Below are positions 22,206 through 33,513 of a stretch of 64,000 nt of DNA, one piece after another (the stretch's first letter is position 1; each line of letters starts with the position of its first letter). The translations under genes and the position numbers were made by a program. The notes under the pieces were generated by a model. The model did not search any database, was not told the DNA's origin, and worked only from the letters and a program-made list of their open reading frames with translations. Origin of the DNA: an uncultured Clostridia bacterium (GTDB lineage: Bacteria; Bacillota; Clostridia; TANB77; CAG-508); assembly GCA_944387445.1 (NCBI GenBank), contig CALXEX010000005.1, forward strand, positions 15,257 through 79,256, read 5' to 3'.

Positions 22206-23840
22206 ATGATATCATCTTTACATATTAGAAATATAGGAATTATAGAGGATTTAAGCATAGATTTTCATAAAGGGTTAAATGTTTTAACAGGTGAAACAGG
22301 AGCAGGGAAAACTTTGATTATTGATTCTCTTCAGATTATATCTGGTGGAAGATTTTCAAAAGAAATGATTAGAAAAGGAGAAACAAACTCTTTTGTTGAA
22401 CTTTGTTTATATTGCCCAGAAAATGAGCAAGCAATAGAAGGAAATATTATTGTTTCAAGAGAAATTCATGTCAATGGTAAAAATATGTGTAAAATCAATG
22501 GAAGGATGGTAACAGTAAATGAATTAAAAGAATTTATGAAACAATTTATTGAAATCCATGGACAAAATGATAATCAAAATTTATTAGACAGTAAATTACA
22601 TTTGAACTATTTAGATGGATTTATTGGAACAGAAATTTTAGGAGAATATAGAGAGAAATATAGGACTTTATATAATCGTTATTTAGAAATCCAAGAAGAA
22701 CTAAAACAAAATTATGGTGATGATAAAGCAAGACAAAGAAAATTAGATTTACTAAGATATCAAATACAAGAAATCGAAGAAGCGAGATTAAAAGAAAATG
22801 AAGAAGAAGGATTAGAAGAAAAAAGAAAGCTATTCCTAAATTCAGAAAAAATAGTAGAAAATCTAAATGAAGCAGATACGGTATTATCAGAAAATACCAT
22901 AGATAGTTTAAGTATGGTTATTCGTGCTTTAGAAAAAATAGAAGGAATTGATAAAAAATATGAAAAAGTAAGTAATAGCCTAAAAAACGCTTATTACGAA
23001 TTACAAGAATTATCAAGAGATATCAGTAATTATAAAGATGATATATATTTTGATGAACAAGAGAGAAATGAGATAGAAGAACGATTAGATATGATTTATT
23101 CCTTAAAAAGAAAATATGGAAATAGTATACAAGAAATTTTAGAATATCATACACAAATACAAGAAGAAATCGAACATATAGAAAATTTAGAAACATATAA
23201 TAACAAATTAAAAGCAGAACTAGAAACGATACAAAACGATATGAATGTATTAGCTAAAAAAATAAGCTTGATAAGAGTAAAATATGCAAAAGTATTAAGT
23301 AATGCAATTAATCAAGAATTGGTTGATTTAGAAATGAAAAATGCAAAAATTAATGTAAAAGTTGAGTATCAAGAAAATACGTTTTTTAAAACAGGAAAAG
23401 ATATTGTTAAATTCTATATCACAACAAATTTGGGAGAAGATGAAAAAGAATTATCGAAAATTGCATCAGGTGGAGAAATGTCAAGAACTATGTTAGCAAT
23501 CAAAAAAGTTTTAGCAGATACAGATCAAATACCTGTGTTAGTATTTGATGAGATTGATACAGGTATTAGTGGAAAAGCGGCAAATTCTGTAGCAAGCAAG
23601 TTAAAAGCAATTGCCAAAAAACATCAAGTTATGTGTATTTCTCATTTACCAAATATTGCTGCAGTTGCAGATTATAACTATTTTATTAGCAAAAATGTGA
23701 AAGAAGAACGAACAAAAACACAAATTAAATTATTGGAAGAAAATGAAGTCATAGAAGAAATTGCTAGAATTTCTTCTGGAGAAATTAATGAAGTGACCTT
23801 ACAATATGCATATGAATTAAGGAATAAAAAAGCAAGCTAA
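22206..23840 (+). CDS. recN: DNA repair protein RecN
   Basis: GETGAGKT, IASGGEMSR, FDEIDTGISG. Confidence 0.95.
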   Translation: MISSLHIRNIGIIEDLSIDFHKGLNVLTGETGAGKTLIIDSLQIISGGRFSKEMIRKGETNSFVELCLYCPENEQAIEGNIIVSREIHVNGKNMCKINGRMVTVNELKEFMKQFIEIHGQNDNQNLLDSKLHLNYLDGFIGTEILGEYREKYRTLYNRYLEIQEELKQNYGDDKARQRKLDLLRYQIQEIEEARLKENEEEGLEEKRKLFLNSEKIVENLNEADTVLSENTIDSLSMVIRALEKIEGIDKKYEKVSNSLKNAYYELQELSRDISNYKDDIYFDEQERNEIEERLDMIYSLKRKYGNSIQEILEYHTQIQEEIEHIENLETYNNKLKAELETIQNDMNVLAKKISLIRVKYAKVLSNAINQELVDLEMKNAKINVKVEYQENTFFKTGKDIVKFYITTNLGEDEKELSKIASGGEMSRTMLAIKKVLADTDQIPVLVFDEIDTGISGKAANSVASKLKAIAKKHQVMCISHLPNIAAVADYNYFISKNVKEERTKTQIKLLEENEVIEEIARISSGEINEVTLQYAYELRNKKAS

Positions 23841-24023
23841 CAGGGAAGAATAGCATATTGCCTGGGAGAAAATTTTTGCTATCCTTTATAGTTAACTAAA
23901 TTTATGAATGTGTTTATATGAAAATATAAACACATTTTTTGTATAGATTTCATGAAATTGTCAAAACTGTATATATATGTAAATAGAATATTTTAAGAGC
24001 AGAAGTGCTCAAAAGGAGGTTTC

Positions 24024-25289
24024 ATGAAAAAAAGTGCATTTATTAAAAGTGTAGAGGCAATAGAAATATTAGACTCAAGAGGAAATCCAACATTACAAGT
24101 TGAAGTTGTTACAGAAGAAGGTGTATGTGGAGTAGCACAAGTTCCATCAGGAGCATCCACAGGAAGTTTTGAAGCAGTAGAATTACGTGATGGAGAAAAA
24201 AATCGATATAATGGAAAAGGGGTGACAAAAGCTGTTGAAAATGTAAATAAAAAAATTAGTAAAAAAATCATTGGTATGAATGTATTTGAACAAAGAAAAA
24301 TAGATGAAGAAATGATTCGATTAGATGATACATTAAATAAATCTAATTTAGGAGCAAATGCGATTTTAGGTGTTTCCTTAGCTGTAGCAAAATGTGCCAG
24401 TAATTCTTTAGGAATGGAATTATATCGATATATAGGTGGAATCAATGCAAAAAAATTACCAGTCCCTATGATGAATATATTAAATGGAGGAAAACATTCA
24501 GAAAACAATATCAGTATACAAGAATTTATGATTATGCCAATAGGAGATATTACCTTTGCAGAGAGATTACGTAGAGGGGCAGAAATTTATCATACATTAA
24601 AACAAGTCTTAAAAGAAAAAGGATTTGCTGTTGGCGTAGGAGATGAAGGCGGTTTTGCTCCTAATTTAGAAAATGAGGAAATGGCATTAGATGTTATTAT
24701 GGAAGCTATTAAAACAGCAGGATATGAACCAGGAAAAGAAATTGCCTTAGCATTAGATGTTGCAAGTACAGAAATGAAAGAAGAAGCAAAGAAAATTGGA
24801 AAAGATGGCTATTATTTCTGGAAAACAGATATTTTAAAAAGTAACGAAGAAATGATAGATTATTTAGTAGAATTATGTAACAAATATCCAATTGTATCTA
24901 TAGAAGATGGATTAGCAGAAGAAGATTGGGATAATTGGAAAATATTAACTGAAAAGTTAGGAAAGAAAATCCAATTAGTAGGAGATGACTTATTTGTAAC
25001 CAATATGTCAAGACTAAAAAGAGGAATTGATAAACAAGTTGCAAATGCGATTTTAATTAAACCAAATCAAATAGGAACACTAACGGAAACTTTAGACACT
25101 ATTCAAATGGCAAAAGAAAATGGATATAAGACTATTATTTCGCATAGATCTGGTGAGACAGAAGATACTACCATTGCTGATATTGCTGTTGGCGTGAATG
25201 GTATGCAAATAAAAACAGGAGCACCTTGTAGAACTGACCGAGTGGCAAAATATAATCGATTATTAACAATTGAAAATGAATTATCATGA
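24024..25289 (+). CDS. eno: Enolase
   Basis: [32 protein letters not shown]. Confidence 0.97.
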   Translation: MKKSAFIKSVEAIEILDSRGNPTLQVEVVTEEGVCGVAQVPSGASTGSFEAVELRDGEKNRYNGKGVTKAVENVNKKISKKIIGMNVFEQRKIDEEMIRLDDTLNKSNLGANAILGVSLAVAKCASNSLGMELYRYIGGINAKKLPVPMMNILNGGKHSENNISIQEFMIMPIGDITFAERLRRGAEIYHTLKQVLKEKGFAVGVGDEGGFAPNLENEEMALDVIMEAIKTAGYEPGKEIALALDVASTEMKEEAKKIGKDGYYFWKTDILKSNEEMIDYLVELCNKYPIVSIEDGLAEEDWDNWKILTEKLGKKIQLVGDDLFVTNMSRLKRGIDKQVANAILIKPNQIGTLTETLDTIQMAKENGYKTIISHRSGETEDTTIADIAVGVNGMQIKTGAPCRTDRVAKYNRLLTIENELS

Positions 25290-25394
25290 AAAAAGTGACA
25301 ATATTAAAAAAGTGAGCCTCTCTCATTGTTGCTGTAAAGCATAAGCAAAATGAGCAGTTCTCACTTTTTTATTTTAGAAATTTTTCCTAATACA

Positions 25395-26747
25395 TTAATG
25401 TTTCATATTTTTATTTAAAGTATTAAATCTAACAAATGAATAAATGATTACTCCAACTAAAGCTACAAATAATGTAATCATAAGAGGTGTACCAGCTTTA
25501 GGTAATTCAACAGGTGGTTCTGTAAGTTTTAATTTAGGTGTTACATCAGAAGTATCTTCAACAGTCTCACCATCTAAGTTTGTATAAGAAATATCAACTT
25601 TTTCATTTGTATCTAAGATTTTACCAACAATACTGCTGTCAAAATCTTTTTTCAAACTTAATTTATATTGAACAGTAGCTGTTTCTCCAGGACGTAATTC
25701 AGAAATTGTCCATGTAATAGAATTATTTTCTGGATTAACTTCAGCTGAAATGTTTCCAATGTTTGGTTCTGAAACATAAGCAAAATCGAAGTTATCAATA
25801 ATTTCTTGTGGGAAATAGTCTGTAATAACAATATCTGTTAATACTTGTTCAATTGGTAATAAATCATTGTAAATATTGTTGGTAATGGTTTGCTCTATTT
25901 CACTATCTTGTACATTATAGAATTTTCCAACAGTGGGAGTTGATTCTGTACCAAAAATTTCTTCAATAATATCTCCATATGTTTTGTCATCTTGTCTAGT
26001 TGCTGGAACACTATCTGTTTCAGTAATACCAGTAAGCATTGTGATAACATTATATTCAGCACTATCTAAAGCTTGTAATTGAGCTTTTGTTTTATTAATA
26101 ACATCATCAGAATAATACATACCATCATAATCTAAAGCAACATTTGGAATACCGTCTGTTAAAACAATGACATATTTATTATTATCTTCTTCAGTAAAAT
26201 ATTGACTTGCCAAGCTTAATCCAGATTCCAAATCTGTTCTAGGTCCAGTATATTGAATATTAGAAATAGCAGATGTTAATGCTTGAGGGTCTGATGATAA
26301 ATCTGAAACCAAATTAGCATCATTGATAGTTCCTTCTAAAGAAACATCAGCATTTGTAGAGAAACTAACAACACCAACTTGTAAATTGTCATTTCCTTCT
26401 AAAATGGTATTGACTAAAGTATTGGCAGATTCAATAACCAAATCTTCTCTGGTAGTGGTTCCTTCAACAATTTCTTCCATACTCATAGAATTGTCTATAA
26501 CAAGCATAATTTCTCCCGTAGGTTGTAAAGAAGTTTCTTCATTGGTTACTTGTAATTGAAGGGTAACTTCTTTGTTATTTAAATTTTTCTCAATTAATCT
26601 TTTTTCAAATTTTGAATTTTCTCCAATTTCTATTGTACAAACAGGTTCTTCAACGACTGTCATGGTAACAGTTTCATAATTGGCAAAAGAAATATTTGCA
26701 ACTAAAATTAGAATTAAAAATAAGGTAATAAAAACACTTTTTTTCAT
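25395..26747 (-). CDS. vWA-domain cell-wall-anchored protein
   Basis: Signal peptide, MIDAS DNSMSM, VLTDG, C-terminal LPKAG + TM + basic tail. Confidence 0.8.
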   Translation of the reverse strand: MKKSVFITLFLILILVANISFANYETVTMTVVEEPVCTIEIGENSKFEKRLIEKNLNNKEVTLQLQVTNEETSLQPTGEIMLVIDNSMSMEEIVEGTTTREDLVIESANTLVNTILEGNDNLQVGVVSFSTNADVSLEGTINDANLVSDLSSDPQALTSAISNIQYTGPRTDLESGLSLASQYFTEEDNNKYVIVLTDGIPNVALDYDGMYYSDDVINKTKAQLQALDSAEYNVITMLTGITETDSVPATRQDDKTYGDIIEEIFGTESTPTVGKFYNVQDSEIEQTITNNIYNDLLPIEQVLTDIVITDYFPQEIIDNFDFAYVSEPNIGNISAEVNPENNSITWTISELRPGETATVQYKLSLKKDFDSSIVGKILDTNEKVDISYTNLDGETVEDTSDVTPKLKLTEPPVELPKAGTPLMITLFVALVGVIIYSFVRFNTLNKNMKH

Positions 26748-26879
26748 ATATATAATCCTCCCATAATGTATTTCAATATATATTTTAACACAAGAAATAA
26801 AAAATACAACAAATTTGTAGAAAAAACCAAAAAAATGTGGTAAAATGTAACATGCAAATTTAATAAAAAAGGTGATAAC

Positions 26880-28763
26880 ATGTTAGAAAATATAAACTCT
26901 CCAGAGGACTTAAAAAAATTAAGTCTCTTAGAAGAGCAAAAATTAGCAGAAGAAATTAGACAATATATATTAGAAATTGTATCAAAAAATGGTGGACATT
27001 TAGCTTCAAATTTAGGCGTTGTAGAATTAACATTAGCATTACACAATGTATTTGACTTTAAAAAAGATAAAATTGTATGGGATGTAGGTCATCAAACGTA
27101 TGTACATAAAATTTTAACAGGAAGAAGAGAAGCATTAAAAACCTTAAGAACATTAGATGGCATTGCAGGTTTTCCAAAAACTAATGAATCACCATATGAT
27201 TTTTTTAATACAGGACATAGTAGTACTTCTATATCTGCAGGTTTAGGAATGGCAAGAGCAAGAGATTTAAAAGGAGAAGATTATTCTGTATTAGCAGTAA
27301 TTGGTGATGGGGCTATGACAGGAGGTATGGCATTAGAAGCATTAAATGATGTAGGATATAGCAAAACAAAAATGACCATTATTTTAAATGATAATGAGAT
27401 GAGTATTTCACCAAATATTGGTGGATTAAATATGTTACTAAGTAAATTAAGAACAAAAAAAATGTATACAAGATCAAATGTCATTATGAAAAAAAGAATC
27501 AACAAAATACCAGTTATAGGAAAACCAATCGTAAAAATGGTGCAAGTTGTAAAAAGAAGTATTAAACAATTGATTATTCCAAAAATGTTCTTTGAAGATA
27601 TTGGATTTACTTATTTAGGACCAGTAGATGGACATAATTTGGAAGAATTACAAAGTATACTAACTTTAAGTAAACAAATTGATAATCCTGTGTTAATTCA
27701 TGTCATTACCAAAAAAGGAAAAGGATATGAAATTGCAGAAAAAAATCCAGATAAATTTCATGCAACAGGACCTTTTGATATAGAAACTGGAAAAAGTAAA
27801 AAAGAAAAGGGAAAGGATTATTCTAAAGTATTTGGAGATAAATTGGTAGAACTAGCAAAGGAAAATGAAAAGATTGTAGCCATCACAGCATCTATGAAAG
27901 ATGGAACAGGACTTACAAGATTTAGTGAAGAATTTCCTAATCGATTTTTTGATGTAGGAATTGCGGAACAACATGCACTAGGATTAGCAGGAGGTATGGC
28001 TATTGATGGAATGATACCAGTTGTTCCGATTTATTCATCATTTTATCAAAGAGGATATGATCAAGTAATTCATGATATTGCTCTTCAAAATTTACCAGTT
28101 ATTATGTGTGTAGATAGAGCCGGAATTGTTGGGGCAGATGGAGAAACCCATCAAGGGCTTTTAGATATGGCATTTTTTAGATTAGTTCCTAATTTGACTA
28201 TTTTAGCGCCAAAAGATTTTCAAGAGTTAGAAGATATGTTAGAATTCGCAGTTAATTTGAAACAGCCAGTCGTGATTCGATATCCAAGAGGTGGAGAAGA
28301 TAAAGAACCATTTGCAAAACATGAAGAAATAGAAGAAGGAAAAGCAGAAATCTTAAAAGAAGGAAATGATATATCTATATTCACAATTGGAAAAACGGTA
28401 GCAAGAGGAATAAAAATTGCAAAAAAATTGCAAAATATGGATATAACTGCAGAAGTGATAAATGTTAGGTTTTTAAAGCCTTTAGATGTAGAAACATTAA
28501 AAAAATCTATTGAGAAAACAAAAAAGGTTGTCACAATAGAAGATGGAACTATTGTAAATGGCTTAGGTACAGCTATTAAAGAATTGGTAATCGATAATCA
28601 TATGGAAGATGTGGAAGTAAAAGCCTATGCTTATCCAGATAGGTTTATTCAACATGGAAGTGTTGATGAGTTAGAAAAAATATATGGTTTGGATGGAGAT
28701 TCTATTGTAGAAGATATACAGAAATATATAAGTGAAAGTAGGGAAAGTAACGTAAATGAATAA
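26880..28763 (+). CDS. dxs: 1-deoxy-D-xylulose-5-phosphate synthase
   Basis: GGHLASNLGVVELT, WDVGHQ, GDGAMTGG, GIAEQHA. Confidence 0.97.
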   Translation: MLENINSPEDLKKLSLLEEQKLAEEIRQYILEIVSKNGGHLASNLGVVELTLALHNVFDFKKDKIVWDVGHQTYVHKILTGRREALKTLRTLDGIAGFPKTNESPYDFFNTGHSSTSISAGLGMARARDLKGEDYSVLAVIGDGAMTGGMALEALNDVGYSKTKMTIILNDNEMSISPNIGGLNMLLSKLRTKKMYTRSNVIMKKRINKIPVIGKPIVKMVQVVKRSIKQLIIPKMFFEDIGFTYLGPVDGHNLEELQSILTLSKQIDNPVLIHVITKKGKGYEIAEKNPDKFHATGPFDIETGKSKKEKGKDYSKVFGDKLVELAKENEKIVAITASMKDGTGLTRFSEEFPNRFFDVGIAEQHALGLAGGMAIDGMIPVVPIYSSFYQRGYDQVIHDIALQNLPVIMCVDRAGIVGADGETHQGLLDMAFFRLVPNLTILAPKDFQELEDMLEFAVNLKQPVVIRYPRGGEDKEPFAKHEEIEEGKAEILKEGNDISIFTIGKTVARGIKIAKKLQNMDITAEVINVRFLKPLDVETLKKSIEKTKKVVTIEDGTIVNGLGTAIKELVIDNHMEDVEVKAYAYPDRFIQHGSVDELEKIYGLDGDSIVEDIQKYISESRESNVNE

Positions 28764-29559
28764 ACAAGAATTATTAAAAGATTATAAAAAGCAAGAAGAT
28801 AAATTATGTTTGTCACAAGTATTAGACAAGATCGAAATATCATCAAAAAGAGAAAAAATTGAATATACAGATTTTTTAGATATGTATCAAGTATCTTTAG
28901 TAGAAAATTTTTTAAGAAAAATACAATATCAAAATTTTAAACTATATGGTGGATATGAAGATGCAGAAAGAAAAGTATTAATTACGTATCCTGAAAAATT
29001 TGATGATAATATGTTAGAAAAAAACTATGATAAGATTTTAAAAGTTGTAAGGATTCAATTACCAGAAGAAGAAAAAGGAAAATATTCACATAGAAACTAT
29101 TTAGGTGGTATTGTGAAATTAGGTTTGAAAAGAGAAAAAGTAGGAGATATTTTAGTAGGAGAAGATGGTGCAGATATCATAACAATTAGTGATTTTGCAG
29201 ATGTTTTAAAAACACAATTACCATCGCTTACCAGATTTGAAAATGCAAAAATAGAAATTGAAGCTATACAAAATGTAAGAAAGTTAGAAGTAAAAGTAGA
29301 AGAGGTTAGCATTATTGTTCCATCATTACGATTAGACAATATCGTATCTGACTTAGCAAGAACTTCTAGAAGTAAAGCATCAGAAATTATTGCTCAAGAA
29401 AGAGTATTTGTGAATGGACAAAATGAAACGAAAAATTCGAAACAAGTAAAATGTGGAGATATCATCACCATTAGAGGAAAAGGTAGATTTGTTATAAAAG
29501 AGTTTACAGGAACAACTAGAAGTGGAAGAACAGTCGTGTTAGTAGAAAAATATGTTTAA
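28756..29559 (+). CDS. ylmH: YlmH/Sll1252 S4-domain RNA-binding protein
   Basis: SHRNYLG, REKVGDI, SLRLDNIVS, ITIRGKGR. Confidence 0.85.
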   Translation: MNKQELLKDYKKQEDKLCLSQVLDKIEISSKREKIEYTDFLDMYQVSLVENFLRKIQYQNFKLYGGYEDAERKVLITYPEKFDDNMLEKNYDKILKVVRIQLPEEEKGKYSHRNYLGGIVKLGLKREKVGDILVGEDGADIITISDFADVLKTQLPSLTRFENAKIEIEAIQNVRKLEVKVEEVSIIVPSLRLDNIVSDLARTSRSKASEIIAQERVFVNGQNETKNSKQVKCGDIITIRGKGRFVIKEFTGTTRSGRTVVLVEKYV

Positions 29560-29651
29560 AGAACTGAGGATAGAAATTGTGGGACATAGTAAAAATTGAC
29601 TTTTTGAGGGAATATGTGGTATAATTAAAAGTGAGAATAATGGAAAAGTAG

Positions 29652-30773
29652 GTGAAGGATATGAATGTAGGAGAGTATAATACTGATTTAAAAAAAGTAT
29701 GGTCAAAGGAATTATTAAAACATGAAGTAAAAACAGGGAAAGATTTATTGAAATTTGTTGAAAAGTGTGATGATAAAAATGTATTAAAAAAGATTTTTAA
29801 GGATGCAGAATATGATGAAAAAATAGGCCAAGACGAGGAAGTGCTAAAATCAGTTGAAAATGACAAGGAGCTTAAAGACTTACTTACTGAGCATATGAGT
29901 TTACTAACTGAGTCAAAGAAGGCAATAGAAGAAAAAATAAAAGCATTAGAAGAAAAAGAAAATTCTGAAAAAGAAAGTAAAAAAGATGAAATAGAAAGAG
30001 AAGATGCAGAAGAATCAGATGAATTTGAATTATCTGAAGAAGATGCAGAAGAATTGGACGAGGATGAGTTATCTGAAGAGGATGAAAAAGAAGCAGATGA
30101 GGATGAACAGGAAAAAAATGGAGAAGATAGAAAAGAAAGAAGTGACATGATGAATACAGTAATTGTTGGAATTACAACTGAAAGAGGTCCCCTTTTGGAT
30201 AGAATTCTGAAAGCGCAAATGAGATACATCATAGCAAATACAACTGCATTATTGTATGTTCTTAATACAAGACCGGTACCAGAAATGTTAAAAGATTTAA
30301 ATCAAAATAGAGAAGTATTTAATGCTGAAATGAAAATAGGTAGGGCGATACAACTATTTGCAGGACGTGATAGGGAATTACGAGAGCTTGCTATTATAAT
30401 GACGAAATCTGCAAAGATAATGATTACTACATTAGATATACATCTAGAGCGTTATTATGCAAAACAACAAGAGAAAGGTGCGGAAGAACCTGAAAAAACA
30501 GAAAAACGAGAAGGAGATATAGGGGAAAAAAGAGCTGGAGAATCTGTGGAAGAAGAAGCTATAGAAGATACAGAAGAAAGAGAGAGCGAAGAAGCTATAG
30601 CAGATACAGGAGAAAGCAAAGACAAAGGAAGTGAGGATAAGAAGAAGTGCTGGGAATTACCACCAGAAGAACAAAAAAGAGCACAAATTAGACAACAAGA
30701 AGTAGCTAGTGAATTTGGCGGGCATAAAGAATCAGATGCAAGAATAAATAATAGCCAAGAAATGGATAGATAA
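29652..30773 (+). CDS. Acidic low-complexity hypothetical protein (orphan)
   Basis: 373-aa ORF with Glu/Asp-rich repeats (ELSEEDAEE). Confidence 0.6.
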   Translation: MKDMNVGEYNTDLKKVWSKELLKHEVKTGKDLLKFVEKCDDKNVLKKIFKDAEYDEKIGQDEEVLKSVENDKELKDLLTEHMSLLTESKKAIEEKIKALEEKENSEKESKKDEIEREDAEESDEFELSEEDAEELDEDELSEEDEKEADEDEQEKNGEDRKERSDMMNTVIVGITTERGPLLDRILKAQMRYIIANTTALLYVLNTRPVPEMLKDLNQNREVFNAEMKIGRAIQLFAGRDRELRELAIIMTKSAKIMITTLDIHLERYYAKQQEKGAEEPEKTEKREGDIGEKRAGESVEEEAIEDTEERESEEAIADTGESKDKGSEDKKKCWELPPEEQKRAQIRQQEVASEFGGHKESDARINNSQEMDR

Positions 30774-30845
30774 TGATATGTACATATAAGTCAATATAGA
30801 AAGATAAAATTAAAATAGACAATAAAGGAATGATATCCTTATTGT

Positions 30846-31991
30846 CTATTTTTTCATAAGAATGGCATCATATGTATTATCATAATATTGTTTTCTTCTG
30901 CCACATATTTCAAAACCAAATTTTTTGTACAAGGAAATTGCAGAAAAATTTTCTTCATTGACTTCAAGATGAATTGTTTTTATACTTTTTTCTTTACAAA
31001 TCGTAAGGATATGATTTAATAGTAAAGTAGCAATTCCTTGCCTTCTATAATCTTTTCTTACAGCAATATTCATGATATCTGCTTCATCTAATACAATTTT
31101 TATTCCGGCAAAACCAACGATTTTATTTTCATATTTTGCACAAATAAATTGAGAAGTTTCACTTGATAGCTCATCTTTTAGAATATCCATATTCCAAAAA
31201 TCATCAAAATTAGAAATAGCTAAATTTTTTACATCAGAAATGTTCATATCTGCAATGAAGATATTTTTCTCTTCTAATTGTCTTTGTGCTTGAGGCTTTT
31301 TTAAATAAAGAGGAAGAAGGTTTTTATCTTCGCCGAATTGTGTATATTTATGGATTCCAGCAATTCCTAAAGAATACACATCAACATAATCAGTATTAAC
31401 CTTAGAATGATGATTATCTATATGATAAGAGATTTCTTCATTGGCTACAAAAAATCCAGAAGAAGATGTTTTTATCATATCTTTATGGCATAAACAAGCA
31501 TCTCCTACAAATGTAATAGTAGAATTTGCATATTTATAATTTAAAAAAGTTAAACAGTTTTCAACACTATCTGCTTTAGGACTTTCTAACAAAGTATATT
31601 GACCATTTTCTAATTGATATACTGCATAATAGCAGTTATCGTTTTTACAATCAATCATACTACAAATCAATCCATCTTTTTTTATAGAATAAGCTAATCC
31701 TTCAAGAGAAGAGATACCAACAGCAGGAATATCTAAACTATCTGAAAAGGCTTTAACTGTTGCAACTCCAATACGAATACCAGTAAAAGAACCAGGCCCA
31801 ATATCACAAACCAATAAATCCATTTGTGCTAAACTCAACTTGGTTTCTTCTAATATTTGTTTGATAAGTGGCATTAAACTTTCTGAATGTGTTAAGCCAT
31901 TATTCAATTCTATTTTTTTTACTAACTTTGTATCTTCTAATATAGCAATACTACATATTTTGCTAGAAGTTTCCATACTTAATACTTTCAA
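30846..31991 (-). CDS. tsaB: TsaB fused to RimI-like acetyltransferase
   Basis: GPGSFTGIRIG N-domain; C-terminal GNAT NIAVRKDYRRQGIA, LEVNEEN, RRKQYY. Confidence 0.9.
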   Translation of the reverse strand: MKVLSMETSSKICSIAILEDTKLVKKIELNNGLTHSESLMPLIKQILEETKLSLAQMDLLVCDIGPGSFTGIRIGVATVKAFSDSLDIPAVGISSLEGLAYSIKKDGLICSMIDCKNDNCYYAVYQLENGQYTLLESPKADSVENCLTFLNYKYANSTITFVGDACLCHKDMIKTSSSGFFVANEEISYHIDNHHSKVNTDYVDVYSLGIAGIHKYTQFGEDKNLLPLYLKKPQAQRQLEEKNIFIADMNISDVKNLAISNFDDFWNMDILKDELSSETSQFICAKYENKIVGFAGIKIVLDEADIMNIAVRKDYRRQGIATLLLNHILTICKEKSIKTIHLEVNEENFSAISLYKKFGFEICGRRKQYYDNTYDAILMKK

Positions 31992-32033
31992 CCTAGGCCT
32001 CCTTTTGGATATATTTTAAAATAATTAACAAAC

Positions 32034-32495
32034 TTATATAAGTTTATTTAATAATTCATCATATTTTTCACCATATGATGTGATATTTAAAATTCTAGTA
32101 TTTTCATCATCATTTCTTTCAAACTGAATATGGATATAGTTTTTAGGAAGGGCATCTTGAATAATTTCACCCCATTCAATAATGCAAATTCCATTTTCAA
32201 AATATTCTTCTCCACCAATGGCATAAAATTCAGAAGAATCTTCTAAACGATACACATCAAAGTGGAAAATTTTTATATCATCTTTTATATATTCATTCAC
32301 AATCGTAAATGTAGGACTAGAGATTTCATCTTCTAATCCATAATATGTCAAAATTCCCTCTGTTAATTTTGTTTTCCCTGAACCTAAATCACCTGTTAAA
32401 ACAAGGGTATCTCCTTTATTTAAGAAACTAGCTAATGTCTTTCCAAAAGTTAAAGTTTCTTTTTCATTATGGGATATTAATTTTACATGTTTCAT
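32034..32495 (-). CDS. tsaE: t6A biosynthesis ATPase TsaE
   Basis: GDLGSGKT, SSPTFTIVNEY, HFDVYRL, IIEW. Confidence 0.95.
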   Translation of the reverse strand: MKHVKLISHNEKETLTFGKTLASFLNKGDTLVLTGDLGSGKTKLTEGILTYYGLEDEISSPTFTIVNEYIKDDIKIFHFDVYRLEDSSEFYAIGGEEYFENGICIIEWGEIIQDALPKNYIHIQFERNDDENTRILNITSYGEKYDELLNKLI

Positions 32496-32660
32496 AATAT
32501 ACCTCTAAATTCATATTTTTCAAGCAATATTATACAATATATTTAATAAAATTACAATGTGTGTTTATTACATTTCTATGACATTCAAAAAAAATGTTGA
32601 AAAAAGTCCATGGTTCATATATAATAAAATTGTATGAGAATTTAACGAAGGAGGAAGCAT

Positions 32661-33461
32661 ATGGATACATTTGCGAGTTACATTCTAGATGAACCAGATA
32701 TGGCTTCTAAGATGGAAATTACATATTATTTAGCAAAAAAAGCCAGAATATTCTTTGATAAATCTGTTGTTTTCAAAACAGAAATTGCAAGAATGTTTGT
32801 AGACTATATGAAAGTAGATGTGGATAAGAACTTAATCATAACGGCTTGTCTATTATGTAATTGTAAAAAAGTAGATAATGCACAAGACATAGAAAAGATT
32901 CATTCATATGCTAAAGAAGGAGCAGACTATTTATTAACCTTAGGATTTGATAAAAGATTTTGCAAAATATGTGAAGAAGTAAATCGATATAGCAATAGTA
33001 ATCCAAGAGAAAGAGAAAGTGACGTTTTAGAATTGGTAGATCAATTTGGAGGAATGTTACTAGATAGACCAGAAAGAATTGGATTTCAACCTGACGAAGC
33101 AATGGTGTTATTAGAACATAGAAATTTGAAAGGACAATATAATCGATTTTTACATACATTTGGAGAATTTGTTCAAATGATGGAACAAATCGAATTAAGT
33201 GATTTAACTTCCATGAAATCTTTAAGACGATTGGTAAAAATACATAATGAATCAGAAAATATAAAGACATTTATCAAAAAAGTATGTTATGATTATGAAC
33301 CTCAAATAGATAAAGCGGTAGAAAATCATAGAAAAGAAGTAAAAGATGAAATGTTTAAGGATGCTAATAGACCATTATTTAGTGAAGAAACCACAAGAAA
33401 AATATTAGCACATATAGCAGAAGAAAATATGCAAGGTGAAAAATTGAAACATGAAAATTAA
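32661..33461 (+). CDS. HD-fold-like protein lacking the HD motif
   Basis: ACLLCNCKK, AKEGADYL, ELVDQFGGMLLDRPER align by eye to the HD-GYP layout. Confidence 0.55.
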   Translation: MDTFASYILDEPDMASKMEITYYLAKKARIFFDKSVVFKTEIARMFVDYMKVDVDKNLIITACLLCNCKKVDNAQDIEKIHSYAKEGADYLLTLGFDKRFCKICEEVNRYSNSNPRERESDVLELVDQFGGMLLDRPERIGFQPDEAMVLLEHRNLKGQYNRFLHTFGEFVQMMEQIELSDLTSMKSLRRLVKIHNESENIKTFIKKVCYDYEPQIDKAVENHRKEVKDEMFKDANRPLFSEETTRKILAHIAEENMQGEKLKHEN

Positions 33462-33513
33462 TCATTTTAAGGCGAGCATAGCTCGCTAATTTTTTTAGAA
33501 AAGAGGTATAAAA

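Noticed and set aside
29516-30232. 238-aa Ser-rich minus-strand ORF and the many other short antisense ORFs in the track
   Set aside because: Shadow ORFs opposite real genes; no RBS or motifs.
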